64,000 nucleotides of DNA from Tubiluchus corallicola (Eukaryota > Animalia > Priapulida): the NCBI GenBank assembly GCA_030141605.1, contig JAQGDQ010000100.1, forward strand, positions 310,001-374,000, given 5' to 3'. The translations under genes and the position numbers were made by a program. The notes below the pieces were generated by a model. That model was not told the DNA's origin. It saw nothing but the letters and a program-made list of their open reading frames with translations, and did no database searches. The first letter of the stretch is position 1; each line of letters opens with the position of its first letter. Shown here one piece after another: positions 13,301 to 28,300 of this stretch.

Positions 13301-16300
13301 AAAAGCTCGGGTTACTGTAGACCTAGAAGATGTAAATGACAACTTTCCGCAGTTTGATGAACATCTGTACAATGCTGCAGTGAATGAGGCAGCAGCAGAG
13401 GGAGATTTTGTACTCCACGTAACTGTAAGCTGCTAATTATTCTGTCTGTAAAATATGCTGCTATGTCATAGTGGTATTGTTTTAATGATAGGTTATTAAA
13501 TACTGATATAGTTACTTATAACTGGTTCAAGTATTTAAAACCTTTTTTATGGAAGGATTATACCTCTGCAGTACTAATGTTCATCTTCCATTGTCAATCA
13601 GCTGGAATTGATTGTGTGCATTTATAATGATAAATATCACTGATTTTTTCATCTTTTCAGTTTTTTCGTTATGAGTTCATCAATAATTAGATTTAATGTT
13701 AACTTAACTGTGCATCGTGTTAGGCAATTTACCATTCAGTTTTCAGTGAAATTTATTGTGTACTTCATATAATCATGTGCCTTAAAGCATATTGTTGCTG
13801 AATAAGGTTTTGATAGCTCACAAATTTTTGATGTCTTACCTGCTCCAAATTTTTGATTTCAAAGTAATGACTAGTGCCAGCTTGTGGTCTGCCAGCTAGC
13901 TCTACTGTATAATTATGACATCATTATTGCAATCAATAAATAATTAAATCTGCATTATAGTTTTAATTATTCATGCAGGCACATGACAAGGATTCTGGTA
14001 ATGGAGGAATCATCTATTACTATTTGCTGGGATCTGGAGCAGAAAAGTAAATGGCTTTATTTATTATGTGTTAGATGTCAACTAAAATTAAGTTAAGCTT
14101 TCTGTATTTTATACTTGCATATCAGGCACAGCAGTTACATGGTTGTACAGATTGGCTTTGGCTTTTTAATAATTGGCCAGTGACAGTCTGAGCCAAGATT
14201 TTAGAAATATGACAAAAATAGTTGCATTGCCACCAGCCTATTTGTTTAAGCTAACAGGTTATTGGAGTGCCCAGCCATTTCTTGATCATGTAATTGCACG
14301 AACAGACGGACACGTCTTACTTCCAAAGATTTATTCATATTAATTTATGTTTTGTGACCACTATCCTTGGCTTGCAAAATGGAAAATGATACAATGGCTG
14401 TATTTTTCCGTAGGAATTTATGTTATTTCAGCTAGCTGCTGGACAGATAGGCTTACAGAATAGAAAAAGTAAAATTACGATTAAAATTAGCTGTTACTGG
14501 TAACAATGATAATGATTTAGATAGTATTGTGACATATTAAGAGACAAAGTTTCGCATTAAAAGTTTTAAAAATGTTCTTTGATTAGACGGGTTAAACTGA
14601 CAGTTAAATAAAATAATTTATACACAAATAATTTATATATATCTGATGCTTGTTTCAGAATTTATATATTAGACTAACACGAATGTAGTAGCCAAAAACT
14701 TTCTGTAGTTTGATTGGGACTGTTTTGTTGTGTTGACATCATTGTTGTTTTCATTTTTGTTATTGTTATAGTTGTTGTTTTCATTGAAATAGACTTTGTT
14801 TAAAAATTAATTAAGAGTAGTTGAAGTGCATTGATACCGAAATACTGGACAATTTGTCATCATATTACTATGTGATAGTGATGTTTCTTTTATGCAGTTT
14901 TGTGATGGATGAAGAATCTGGTAATATAACAGTCTCTGCAGATGCTAATCTTGACCGTGAAACTACACCGCATTATTATCTTACCGTGGAGGCAAGAGAT
15001 GATAAAGGACAAGGCAATAGAAATAGCACCCAGTTGTACGTAGACGTGGTTGACGCAAATGACAATGCACCAAAATTTGATTCTGTGTTATATGAAGGCT
15101 TTCTGGTCGAAAACGATGAATCGCCACCGCAATTTCGACGCAGATTTTTTGTTCGAGTAAGCGTTTATAATTTTTTTGATGTATAGCGAAAGTGTATCTG
15201 TTTAATAGTCTTGGTGGTTCCTTATTGTGGTTATGTTATTAAGGACACAGTCATGATGTCTTGATCTTCAACATTTATACAAAGCCTTGCAACAAAACTC
15301 TATATCCATTTAATTTTAATATCTGTTTTTCTGCTTTGTTATGAAGTTTTTATGTTAGTGATCACGAGGTTTATTTTTGCTAGATTTATAATGTACATGT
15401 AGTCACATTATCTTTTATTATGTGTTTTACTTTTCGTCTCAATAGCTTTCAGCAAAAGATCTGTATTAATTGCAAACTAATTGTGTATTCAGTTAGTAAC
15501 ACTGTTGACATTAATAAAAGTATTGAATTTTTGAAACCAAGTTTAACTGAAAATAGAAAATTCGAAAAAGTTGGACTTGGCTTCATTTAAATCCAGCCCA
15601 AATCCCAATTTTTACACTCGCTTTTTCAGTCCTCATTTCCAGATTCAAAATTTTAATGATTGTGGATTAATTTCATCATTAATTGATAACATTGAAATGA
15701 AGATTGTAAATAATCAATATTGTTCGATTATTTGTAGTCATTTTGTGTTCTTCGTGTGGGGTAATTTAAAACCAATATCAAACTAACTTTAATATTTTTT
15801 TATATTGTACTTTTTTCAGTCTGTTTCTAGGAATATTTTTTGTTTTTTCAGGCATCAGATCCTGATGCTCCACCAAATAACAAGATTAGTTACCTGTTGT
15901 TCCCTCCTCATCCAAACTTCACCATTAATTATTCTTCAGGTGAGTTTTTGGTAAAATTTACTTGTTTCAACTTGTTTTACCATTTACCGATGTACTATCA
16001 TACTAGTGTGTACTGTGTTTTTACATTATATGCTGATGCACATAGTTGTTATAAGCCTATAACCAGTAGTTTTATTGATTTAGGTGAAATTACTGCTACT
16101 ACTGCCATTGATTTTGAGCTCATGGACAATTCTACGACCAATAAGGAGTTGATGAGACATTTTTTACTTGAAGTTGTGGCGGTGGATCACGGTAGTCCTA
16201 TGCTTAACTCAACGTGTCTTGTTATGATATATGTTGAGGTGAGGAGCTGCAGTATGAATGCATCCATTATAGCTGAATGTCCAATCTATTTTGATAATTG

Positions 16301-19300
16301 TTTGACACTTAAGATCCTGAGAAAGCTGCTCATTATAAAACATGTAAATTGATTACATTTTCTGTGCTTCTATTTCAGGATTTCAATGATAATGCACCAG
16401 TGTTTACCGAAACTTCATACGAGAGTTCTGTAGCTGAGGACGCTTTGGCTGGAACAAGCATAGCTCAGGTAAATACGTAGTTCAAGTGATAGTATACTAT
16501 TTTTCAAGTAATGATCTTCTCTAAAGTCAGCAAATTATGGTGCCAGAGCAGATCAGTGTATAGATAAAAATACACAGTTAAAGAATTTGAAAAAAATGAA
16601 TATTTCAGTTGTAGTAGCTATTATCAAGTCCAGTGATAGCTAAAATGCTACTTTTTATTTATCATTTTGTTTTTGTTGTGGATTTACACACTAATCTACA
16701 CACTAATCTTCTCTAATTAGGTAGCTGTAACTCATAATTAATTGACAACCTTTTGAACGTGCTACATTGTATTGTTGTAATCAGAGTTTTACCTGAACTT
16801 AAGGTCACGGCAATTGACGCAGATCCGACACCGTATAATGGACATGTGCAATATCGTATCATTCGGGGTGGCGGCGACAGGTTTACTATTGATGAGAATG
16901 GAACCATTTCGGTTAGCGCTTTTGCTAATCTGGACCCAGATGTCGTGTATCCCAGGTTAACTGTGCACAAGTAAGGGCTACTTCCTAGGTTGCACACCAT
17001 TGCTGTACCATGGTATCATGTGTACATATATTGTTAACATAATTCACCTGAATTGTAATTGTAATCTCTTAAGTCCCTATATGATTTTAATGACAATGTT
17101 TTTTAAATTAATTTTTGTAGTTTGACTGTGATGGCGTATGATGATGGCACACCAAGTTTATTTAGCACTGCTACAGTAAATGTTATTGTAAAGGATATTA
17201 ACAATAAAAAGCCCAAATTCACCCATCTCGTTTATGCCGTGAATGTTACTGAAAATGCAGATATTGGTGAACAGCTGATACAGGTAAGCATCTTTTAGGT
17301 CATTGATACACAGCTGCTCATTTATTTTACTTATTGGTTTATGCAGAATGCTTTACCAGGCAGTATGGTCATTAGTTTGACTTGACTTTGACATTGACTT
17401 TAAAAAGCAATCGAACTTTTGTAGGACATGGGCCCAGAAATGAGTGAGGATTAACTGCTTTAGCTGTTTCATGGCTATCTTGTTAGACAAAGTGAATGGA
17501 GTATTGTTCTTGTAACTTACATTTAGGTACTTGCCAAAGACCCTGATGAGGACCATAATCTTATTTATCGCATATATTCATTTGACGAAGGAAGAGATGA
17601 ATTCAATGTGCTTAAACCGCCTTCGTCGTATAGTTCTTGGTTTGACATCCATCCAGCAAATGGGACCTTATTTGTAAATGACACAGTTGATAGGGAACAT
17701 GTAGAAATAATACGCATGACCTTGCAAGTTGCAGACTCTAATGCAATGAACGGCACATCCCAAACTGATACAGGTTGGTTTTTGAATACTAGTTTAATAA
17801 AATTAATTCAGCAACCCTATTTACACATCTTAGGGCTTGTGCCCTTATTTTTTTCAGTTAAAGTAACTACCAGGTTATTATGCAGACTAGCCTTTAATCA
17901 AGCATGGACCCTAAAATGACTAAATACAGTAGATTGGCTGCAGCAACTAAAAGCCTTTGTCTGCACGAGTGATGCATTGAGAATAACTATTTTATATTTT
18001 TTCATTTTTGCCATACTTTTTCACTTTTTTCTTTTTTGTAAAGTTTAAGTATCATTTTGTTGTTGTCGAAATTCGTGCTGGTAATTTTTTTAACTGTAAT
18101 GTGTGAATTATTCCCCTACTGGCAAACTTTTAACTGACATTAATTGCATCAATTTACTTTCATACAATTTTCAATGTAACTACAATATCCGTAAATTAGT
18201 TATTAACAACGAGCACATAAATTGCATTTGGCTTATGACTTGGATGATGTGAAAGATTTGTTTATTTTTCAGCTCAACTCTTTATTACCGTGCTAGATGA
18301 GAATGACAACATTCCAGAATTTCTTGCTCCATATACTCCAGAAAATCCATTTTTCCTGACCAGTGTAAGAGAACGCATTCCAGTAGGTATGTCAAAATTA
18401 GCTTTTTTTTGTCAAAAACTAAACTGTTATAAAATTTATTGTGTTTATGTCAATTTCTCTAACGAAATGATACAACAGTGATGAGTTACATTTCCTTAAA
18501 ATTTCAGGAACATTGCTCATGACTGTGAGAAGTATAGACAGGGACAAGGGAAACAATGGAAAAGTTGGTTTTGCTATTGACGATGGCAGTAGTGAGGCAG
18601 CCAACTATGTTGAAATAGACAGTGAATCAGGTATTATGTTATCAGTTCTTAAAAAAATTGTCTTATTGTCTTTTCCATTATCTTATTTGTGCAAAAGTTA
18701 TTAGATATTACTATTGTAGGTGAGATAAAAGTGAGGTCAGAAATTGATTATGATTGTGGTGGTTGTCAGTGGATCAACTTTACCATTGTGGCTTACGATT
18801 ATGGAAAGAATAGAAAGAACAATACTGCACCATTCTACATTGAAGTGATAGATACAAATGACAATTCGCCCGAATTTTTAAACTTGCCTGTGAGCGAACC
18901 AGTGTCAGTGTGGGAAAATGCCTCATTAGGTATGTCAGCAATTTCACTTTGTAGAATTTTTTGCTACAGTGTTTGATTTGTGATTCCAATTTGATCTGGT
19001 TTCTGAAACAGTATATAACTTGTATGATTACAGGCACAGAAGTGTTTAAGGTTATGGCATCAGATTTGGATTCTGGTGTGTATGGAGATATTGGGTTTTT
19101 CATTGACAGGCACAATACCGATGCATTTAATATAACAGACCCTGTTTCAGTAAGTGCAAATAAAATTTGTAATATTATGGCTGCTTATTACTTGCTAATT
19201 TTTGTTTGTAATTGCTTTACAACTAAAGAATATTTGTGGAGATTTACACAAATGTTCAAACTGCATTTCAGACATTTATATAAATAGGGCATTTACATAT

Positions 19301-22300
19301 ATAATTTAACGCAGTAACATATGCTATTTTCCATGGAAAAATAGTTACAAACTACTAAGTATTTAGATTGACATTTATAATAATTATTATCAAAACACTT
19401 TTTGCAAATGTAGAATATTAAAAAAAACTAAAGAAGAAAAATCTAAAAAAACAAAACCTTAAAGTAAGCAGAAATGCAAATTTTAATATTCAATTAATAT
19501 TTTGTAAAAGAAGCAATGTTAAGTTTGCATCCTTTGGATGTTAGATGTTATAGACTTTTTGTTTACCTCCGTCTTAACAGTTTACAAAAGCATTGCTATT
19601 TTAAATACTCTTATTATAAAAAACGATACTATTCCATCCAGCATTACTGTTTTCATTATGAGTTTCTTGTTGCAGGGCATAGTTATTGTGAATGGCAAAT
19701 TAGATAGAGAAATGGAAGCTTCGTATCGACTGATAATTCAAGCCAAAGATAATTATTTAGATCCTTTTGGAGAAATTCGAGAAAAATCTCATTTTGTGAG
19801 TCTTTTTTTAATTTGGAGCTAATTTTCAATTATATTATCTGTCTTTATAATATTGTAATGATAGGTAAATTAACACTGGCTGTCTAATAAACAGCACATC
19901 AGCAGCAAATGAAGTGGAGAAGCTACATGAAATGAACTCAGGATTTTTCTGATGATTTGGTCAGCATATTTCACTCTGCAGTTGAACAGAAGATAACGAT
20001 GAACTTTGATGGATCATTTGTAATAAGGCTACAAAATTTTCTGCAATGATATAATTTTTTTTATAATCAACATTTTTTTTATTTTAGTTGGATGTGGTGC
20101 TTCTTGATGTGAATGACAATGCGCCACAATTCCGCGATGTTGACCTTCCATTTCACATCAAGGAATCCACCGTTCCTGGCTCACTTGTTGGTTCAGTAGT
20201 GGCTGAAGACGATGACGATCCAGATACTGATAATTCAGCAGTTGTTTATTATGCTGTCAGTGGTAATGGATCAGGTAAGTCCTTTTTTGTATGAATGTTA
20301 TGTGGCTCAGGGCTTCAAGTAGGCTGTTTTGTAATTACTGCTGTTCATGACTGTAACTAAGTATTAGGTTCACCATCATTAAACTTTACCCCACTAGGTA
20401 TCTGTAATGATATGATATTTTTATAGGAACTCCATAACATGTTTTGTTGACTGATTTGTTTTTTTTTTACTTCATGAGCCATTTGGTTCAATATTTGTTA
20501 ATTATACATTATTCATAATACATCTGTCCTTGCAGAGTTGTTCAGCATTCCTAACAAAAACAATGGTGAAGTGCGAAGCAACCAGTCACTCACCGACAAA
20601 TATGGCTATTACGAGATTGTTGTTATGGCAGAAGATAAGGGTGATCCGCCACTGTCAACAAATATTACCATCGCTATTGAAGTTTTAGATGAAAATCTAA
20701 ATGCTCCATCATTTGTCACTCCTAGACAGGGCAAGAACACACTGTTGCGTATTCATGAGTTAGCACCAATTAATACTGAACTTAATGGCACTTATATATA
20801 TGCCGTTGATAAACGTGATCGTGGATTAAATGCTGAAGTTCGGTATCGACTTCGTGAAACTGATGACAGCGATGATTTTAAATATTTTGGCATCCGATAT
20901 GATGAGGCAACTGGCTATGGCCACTTATATCTGGCAAAGCAGTTAAAACCTCGTGATGGTCGATCCGGGAAAAAGTTCTACAACTTTGACGTGACAGCTT
21001 ATGACCTGGGTGAGGAAAATGAACCTCAGAAAGAGTCTCACACTCCCATACGTGTGTATGTTGTTTCAAGGAATGCCAATCAATCCATGTTTGATAGGGA
21101 GTATGACTCTGAACCTATAACATTTCTTGTGCAGGAACATCAGGGAGAGAACAATGTTTTAGGGGTTCTTCCTCCAGCTAGATATGAAGATCCCTCTGTG
21201 AATAAAAACAGTAAAATCTGCTACTACATAGCTGGTGGAGATCCTCGAAAACAATTTTCCCTTGACAAAAAAGGTCGTGATGGTCTGACGTTTATTCAGA
21301 CGGAGGAACTAGATCGGGAAAAACAGGATTCCTATAACAGTGAGTAAAAATAGTAGAGATTTGCATTAGTTATCTACATTGCTTTTAAGTATTAATATTT
21401 TTTCAAGCTTTTTTTGGCTGTAGCAGCTAAAAATTTTTTATGAAAGAGTGTATTTTTCTCCCAGAGGCTGTTTATATCTATTTGATTTCATATGTTTTTT
21501 ATAAACTTATTGTGCTGTTTTCATAATTAAGTTAATTAATGTTTCGTGTTCTTAGTAAAAGGTTAATGAAACTATAACATTCGTGAAAAAAGAAACAGCT
21601 GGGAGGTCTGGGAGAGCTCCGTAAGCTGCCTTAGTGGGGTCTGGGGCTTAATTTTCCTTGATTTTAGGTTTTTTAGACCTTTAATGATCGAAAAAAGGTC
21701 AGTTTAGTAAGCTAATTTCAACCGTTTTTCGCCATTAAGGATACAAAATCTACGTGTTAAATCAAAAACAGCAATTGCTTTTTAATCAGTGAATTAAGCA
21801 GTTTTCATTTACTAGCTTTTGCACTTTAGCTCGTATAAGTCATGGCCAATTCAAATCATTTAACTGCGAGAAATCACAGAGCAAACAAAATACAGCAAGG
21901 TGCACGAGCACGAGCTCTAATTTATATGTTGATATACTTTTGCCAAAGACAATCACGTGGCTCGCACCAACTGATTACGGCTAAATTTTGTTGCACCTAA
22001 CTTTTCATGTCTAAAGTAAAATAAGTTACTAGGTGATAAAGTAAGTCACTCTTATGCACAACTTTTTTTCCTGAGACGTTTTTTTCCCTGAAAAGTTGCA
22101 ACAACAATGAGGTACTCGTGTTTATCATCTACAGTTCAATTTTGTTGACTGAAAGATGGAAATTTTGCTACTAACATGTATTATGGACAAGCTTGTAGAT
22201 AATTAAATGTCGAAAAAACTAAATATGCGACCTGGCAAGACATTGTGTTTCTTTAGGCACAGGGTCTGTAATTTTGGGTTCCAGGTCTGCGACCCTGACA

Positions 22301-25300
22301 GACTTGGTGCACTTCAAGCACCGGGCATAGCCATCTAGCCGGAGTACACCCTGTAGTGTAGATTGCCGGATCTTTCCTACTGTATTAAAAAAGTATCAAA
22401 TTTTTTTTAATACAATTTATACAATTTAGAACTGTACATGATGTGGTCCTCCACTGATGGGCCGTAGTGGGGATCCTGTTGAATGTAGGTAATCGTGGTG
22501 AGACAGGTATCCATCACATCACCAATGATAAACCTGTAAGGTGGGACAGTGGACTAGCCAAAGTGTCTTTGCCATAATTGGTTATATTCATGTCCCCTCC
22601 AGGCAAAGTAAATACCCACAGGCTGAATGGGACATGAAATTGCTCTTATCTGGAATACTGAATCTGGCAGTTACCTATTTATTTACTGGCCAGGCGCGAT
22701 GTTATTTAAATTTAGTCACTTGGCATTCACAGTAACCAGTTGGGTATATAACAATGGAGAAATTGCACTTGTCTTACTGTATTTCTATAATAACCATTTA
22801 TTCCAAAAAACAGGCAATTCCTGGTCGTATGTGAAACTATCTTGTTTTTTTAGTTGTGATAAAAGCAACCAATTGCTTAGAGGAGCCAGGTGGTGATATG
22901 GAGTACGAGCCAAGGGATTTGACACAATTGCTAGTTTCTGTAATCGTCGAAGATATCAATGATGAGCCGCCTGTTTTTACTGAACCTCTGTATACGTCGG
23001 GAATCACAACAAATAGTAAACTGAATAGTCTTGTCTCTGAGCAGATAAATGTAAGAAATTGACTATATTTGTATTCAAGTTTCACTGGAGTCAGTTCAGA
23101 AAAAAACTGCTTAAAAACTGAATTATAGCATAGTGATTTCACTGTGATGTATTTTGAATTTTTTTGATCTCATAGTGATTAATTTTAATGCTTCAGCAAT
23201 AATGACAATGACTAAAAATATCGCATCTATCTAATTATAATTACTAACTAAAATTTTATTGTTTAAGATTCAGAACTTTTGTGTTTAGGCTGTCGATATG
23301 GATATCCCTCCTAATGATATAATCGTGTACAGCATAGTGAATGGTAGCTTCGTTGATGAGCTCAATTATGCCTACACCGAAAATAGGTGAATCTATAAAG
23401 CTTTTATAGGTTTAGCACTTTGCGCTATTAGTTGCTTGTAAATCTGTAGAAAACTTAAATGTTATAAACATAAAACTATATTGTTTTATTTCCTCGGAAG
23501 TGATGCTGTTTACTTGAGAAACCGATAACGATAGTTACTTGTTTGTAAAATATCTTTAATCATTGCAAAAAGTGTAATTCTGGCAGAGTGACACTGTTTG
23601 TTATATTCACGCACTTCTAAAGTATTTTAATCGTGTGAGATTCGTGGCTACAGTTCTAATTGTTTTGTTAAAATAATATTATTATGTGGAAGCATCACAC
23701 TACCGTTACTTTTAAACTACAAAATCCAGCATATCGTTACTTCTGTTAAAATAGTAGTACAAATTACGCTTTTTAATCAGTAATGTTATTACTGTTTTGA
23801 ATCCCTTCTGAGTTATTAACGCTTTAATTCCTAATGCTTATTGGTTGAATGCCAGTAAATTCGTATCTGATTTGTCGGTTCCGTTTTGGTCCTTGCTTCT
23901 AGCGAATCAGCCACTTTTCTACAATCGGTTACAGCTCGTACACTCCCTATCCAACAATTATAAATGCGACTCAATATGACTGTTGTATTTTACAGTTCTT
24001 ATAGCAGTGGCTAGGTGTGGATTTGTGTTGTGTTTGCTTCATGGTCTATAATTTTGGAAAGCTAATAACTTGAGTTTATTTTCGTTATATTAAGACGTTT
24101 TTTTGGTACCAGGCAATTCTGTAGTTACTAATTTCATTTATTCAACAGTTTTACGATTTACAGTTCACAGTACTTTACAATATTCAATCTTCTGAACTTT
24201 TGAATTATGTCACACCAGCTGAGTCTTCCGTTTATCCTCAAAGCAAGTCCGAACCATCCAGTGATAGTGAAGGCTTGCAGTGCAGTGTGAAGGTCTTCAT
24301 GGATCAGAATAATTTATTCATTTTCAGAGATCCATTCACAATTAATGCAGAGACAGGGCAAGTATATTTGAATCACATTCCCAGACCTGATGCTCAGGGA
24401 TTGTGGAGGTTTCTTGTTCTAGCGGAAGACCCAGACGTGTCTCCTGGTCCTCATAATGCCACCTGTGAAGTGTGGGTAAGTGTCTTTGGTTAAGTAAGAT
24501 CAGTTAACAATTAATTGCATTATGATCGTTATTATTATTGAAAAGCATGACTACACATTTTGTTCAAGTATTTTATTAGCTGTTTGTGAAATAAATCAAC
24601 TGGAATTATTATCAAGATTTACTACTGTTTTCTTGTTCAGGCATGTTTCAGGTGAACTGGGAAATCATAATGTAAAAAATGTTGCAAATTCCATTCTTAT
24701 GTTAGCTGCCATGCTTTTGGTATTAATTATACCTTAAGCAAGATACTGTGCTGATTGTTTTTGGTATTTCTAGGTATACATGCTGTCTCCATCTCAGCAA
24801 GTGCAGCTGGTTCTAGCACTCACTAAAGATGAGTTTAGAAGCAAGGAACAGCGATTAAGAGAGTATGTATATGCCATACGAATCTCACTTTTACCAATAA
24901 TTTTTTGTGGAGAATTAATAAGTAAAATTACGTCTAGAAAGTACCATGTTTTAATGATATATGGTCTTTATGTTCTATAAGTATTATACGTTTATGATTG
25001 TGGAGACTTCAAAGTCACTGTTACGACTAGTGCAGATCGGGCAGGCTTGACTAGATGTAAGGTAGTCACTGGAGATTCCTTTTCCGAGCAAAAAGTTTAC
25101 ATAAAATTTTACTTTAAAGAGGGATCTGCACACTCCAGATAGTGGCTTCGCAGCAAGGGTAGTCTGTGGGGGGGGGCGCTAGCACTTCAAGATGGTATTG
25201 GTTCTTGTGGGATTCTGTATTAGCACTTGTCGATTAATCGAATTAAATGCAACAGGACAATGATGCAAAAATAATAATTATAGTATACTGTAATCAAATT

Positions 25301-28300
25301 TAATGACAAAACATTAGACACAAAAATCAAAACGATGAAATATGTCGTTAATGCACAGTATATCGAAACAAAACATTGGCAAAAATATCAGAAAAAATTA
25401 TTGGGCAAAATTGTAAGCAAAATTAAGCAATAGCACATAAAATAAACAGTGTTCATAATTAAACATATTATAATGACTTGGTAATATTTCCATTGGAACA
25501 TAAACTAAACTAGCCGTTGCAAATGTTCGTCTAAGGGCTTATCCTAACTACCTGCCACCATTGGGGAAATGCTAGCAAGTTAGCGGGTTAAGAGTAGCAT
25601 TCAGGGTGACTTCAACTCATGTAGGATCACGTTTATATTGAACATTTATCAATTGTGAATGCCATTAGTCCATCTGTACCCATGACACGCTGCATAGTAA
25701 TGCAAAGAATAAATCACCTTACAGATCGGGATCCCGTGGGATAGTCTGAAGCTCCAGACACCTCTTGCTGGCCTCAAATAAACAAGAGAACTGTCGTGTC
25801 CTTTTCGCCTATCGCTCAACCGGAAGTCCTCCTAGCCACAAGTACTATCACTATAACATCGGGTGCTTGGGACATTAACTGTCCAAAATGATCACCCATC
25901 AACTATGACAGCAGGAATCAAAAGTAGTAAAATGGATAAACATTTTCATTCGAAAGTTCAGTAACACTGCCATTACAAAAAGTCTGACCTATGTTATGTT
26001 TTCGGGTCCAATACCAAAGCTCAACTGTTTTCTACCTTGTACACCTGTATAGTGATGAGTTTTCTGGGTCACCTCTCTGCATTCACAAGTTGATCAGCCG
26101 GCTTCATATCGCGCACAAAATTGAATGCTACAAACCAACCCGCAGAACTTAAATTCCTAAATCTTGGGTTTAAAGGGCAACTGAACCATTTTTAATACTT
26201 GCTTTCAGGTTTAGTTTATAATATGACAATAGCTTGGTTGTCATATTAATTATTATTATTGATAACACCATCATTACACTATTTCTCATCAAACTTTCTG
26301 GGGGAAAATAAACAGTATGCTACAGTCATTATGTTAGATTAAAAGGCCAACTTGACTGAAAGAATGGAAATATGAAAAAGATATGATACATGCTATATTT
26401 GAATCAGAAATTTTAGTATTTAGGCCTTTATGACCAACTCATTGTTTCCCTGATTAATTTTCATGCCATAGACTATTGTGATCAGCTCATAATATTACAC
26501 ATACCAAGACAGGCTATAATCTTATTTAGTGTTTCATTTGTGCATTGAATTGCCCTTATAATAAGCAATTTGATAAATTCTTTACTGGTTACATAAGCAT
26601 TTCTCAAATATGATTTTTTAATAATTGTTTTGAGGTTTTTGTAATATTTGTCATTGATTATGGTGTTTAATTATTTTTACAGTATATTGCTGAATGTAAC
26701 AGGTCGAGCAGTTCATATAGATGAAGTAACCAATTATGTTAGTGAAAATGGTGAAGTGTCCGACCATTAGTAAGTTACTTTATTATCAGCTTCTGTATTT
26801 CTGTTTTTTATTTAAAATACAATATTCAAAATAATAATGTGATTTTTTTAGACATAGTTTTTAAATTTTAATATTTGAAAGTGCTTTGCAGATTCACTGA
26901 GAGAATTGGGTTATTTGTGAAATGTATTTAAAATATTTAAAATTGTGTTTTTACACTTATATTTTGTTATTTATTTTAAGAAACATTTTCGCAATTTACA
27001 CTATGACTGCTGAAGATTTTATTGCTACTTCAAAATGAATGATATACGTTTTATGTAGGCTGTCAGCCTTAAAAAACCAAAAGTAGCAAAAAAGTGCGGT
27101 TTATGCATAGGTTTATTTTTATAACGTTTGTCTTGTACAGACAGCTCAAAATTTAAATTTGGTTTCCAGTTGAATACTTTTTTGTTTCTTTTTTCAGCAT
27201 TTCAGTATTTGTACATTTTGTAAATACATATGGGGAGATAGTTCAAGTTGATGAAATACTCAGGTATGTGTTGTTTTTTGATGAACATTATACTGATTGT
27301 ATAACATTTTGAAAAGACAAAGAGAGTTGACAGGAAAAGAAATGTAGTTTGTCCAGTAGATACCCGTTTGTCTCAAATAAAACTTTTATTATGCCACGCC
27401 CATAACCCATAAACTTCCAGCTACTATATTATTAAATCTTTAAAATGATACACTGATTATTATTACATGAAACTATAATATTGATTAGGTGTTAAACGTT
27501 AGCGATCATGTTTATAAAAAATTTTCATTGTAAGTGATAATGTTTCAAGAGCGTTGCTTGTTCGCATTCTTCAGATCACTATAATATATAATCTAAAAAG
27601 TTCTTAAACTTAATACAGGGATACATAACAATGATAATTTACATTTGCACAAGAGTTGCCATGAATCACAATAAACATTCTTAGTGTAATTTGAAATAGG
27701 ACACTACTTTGATTTTAATAAGGGTAGAATTATTGATCCATCAAATGACATGTTGAAATGCGCCATATTGTTGAGTCTTCATTAATTAAAAATTCACTGA
27801 TCTAACAGTAAATCCAAAGCACAAATCTTTTCCAAATAGAGTATTCTTAGCTGACTATATTGCATCATTAGTTTACACTAACATGTTTATTGTGTTTTCT
27901 GGCAACTCCCGCCAAAATTTTTTCTGAATTACCTCCGTATTTAAATTTTACAACTTTAGATTATGTGTTGTAGTGATCTGAAGAGGACAAGAAGCACATC
28001 CTTGAAACCTCATCAATTACAATAAAAAATTCTTTACAAATAATATATTAAGATTTTTCGTAAAAATTTGTTGATTCTTGACGTAAAAGATTTTTTCGTA
28101 ATCATTACGTCCATTAAGTGAATAACCAGTAAATTGTCATTTATGAATAACTGATATAAGGGAAATTCCAGATTTACGTTACACATGTTTAAGCAACTTT
28201 GTGTCACATTTTTCTAGTAATGTTAATGAGCATCATTAGTGAGTCTTGGACCACTAGGAAACTGTAGTTAGCTTGAGACTACCGACGGTCGTTGCATCTT

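Noticed and set aside
21590-22325. GGGGTCTGGGG-type repeat fragment and CACTTCAAGCAC terminal-like motif
   Set aside because: Probably pieces of a non-autonomous DNA transposon, but no matching second terminus or TSD was found, so boundaries cannot be supported.
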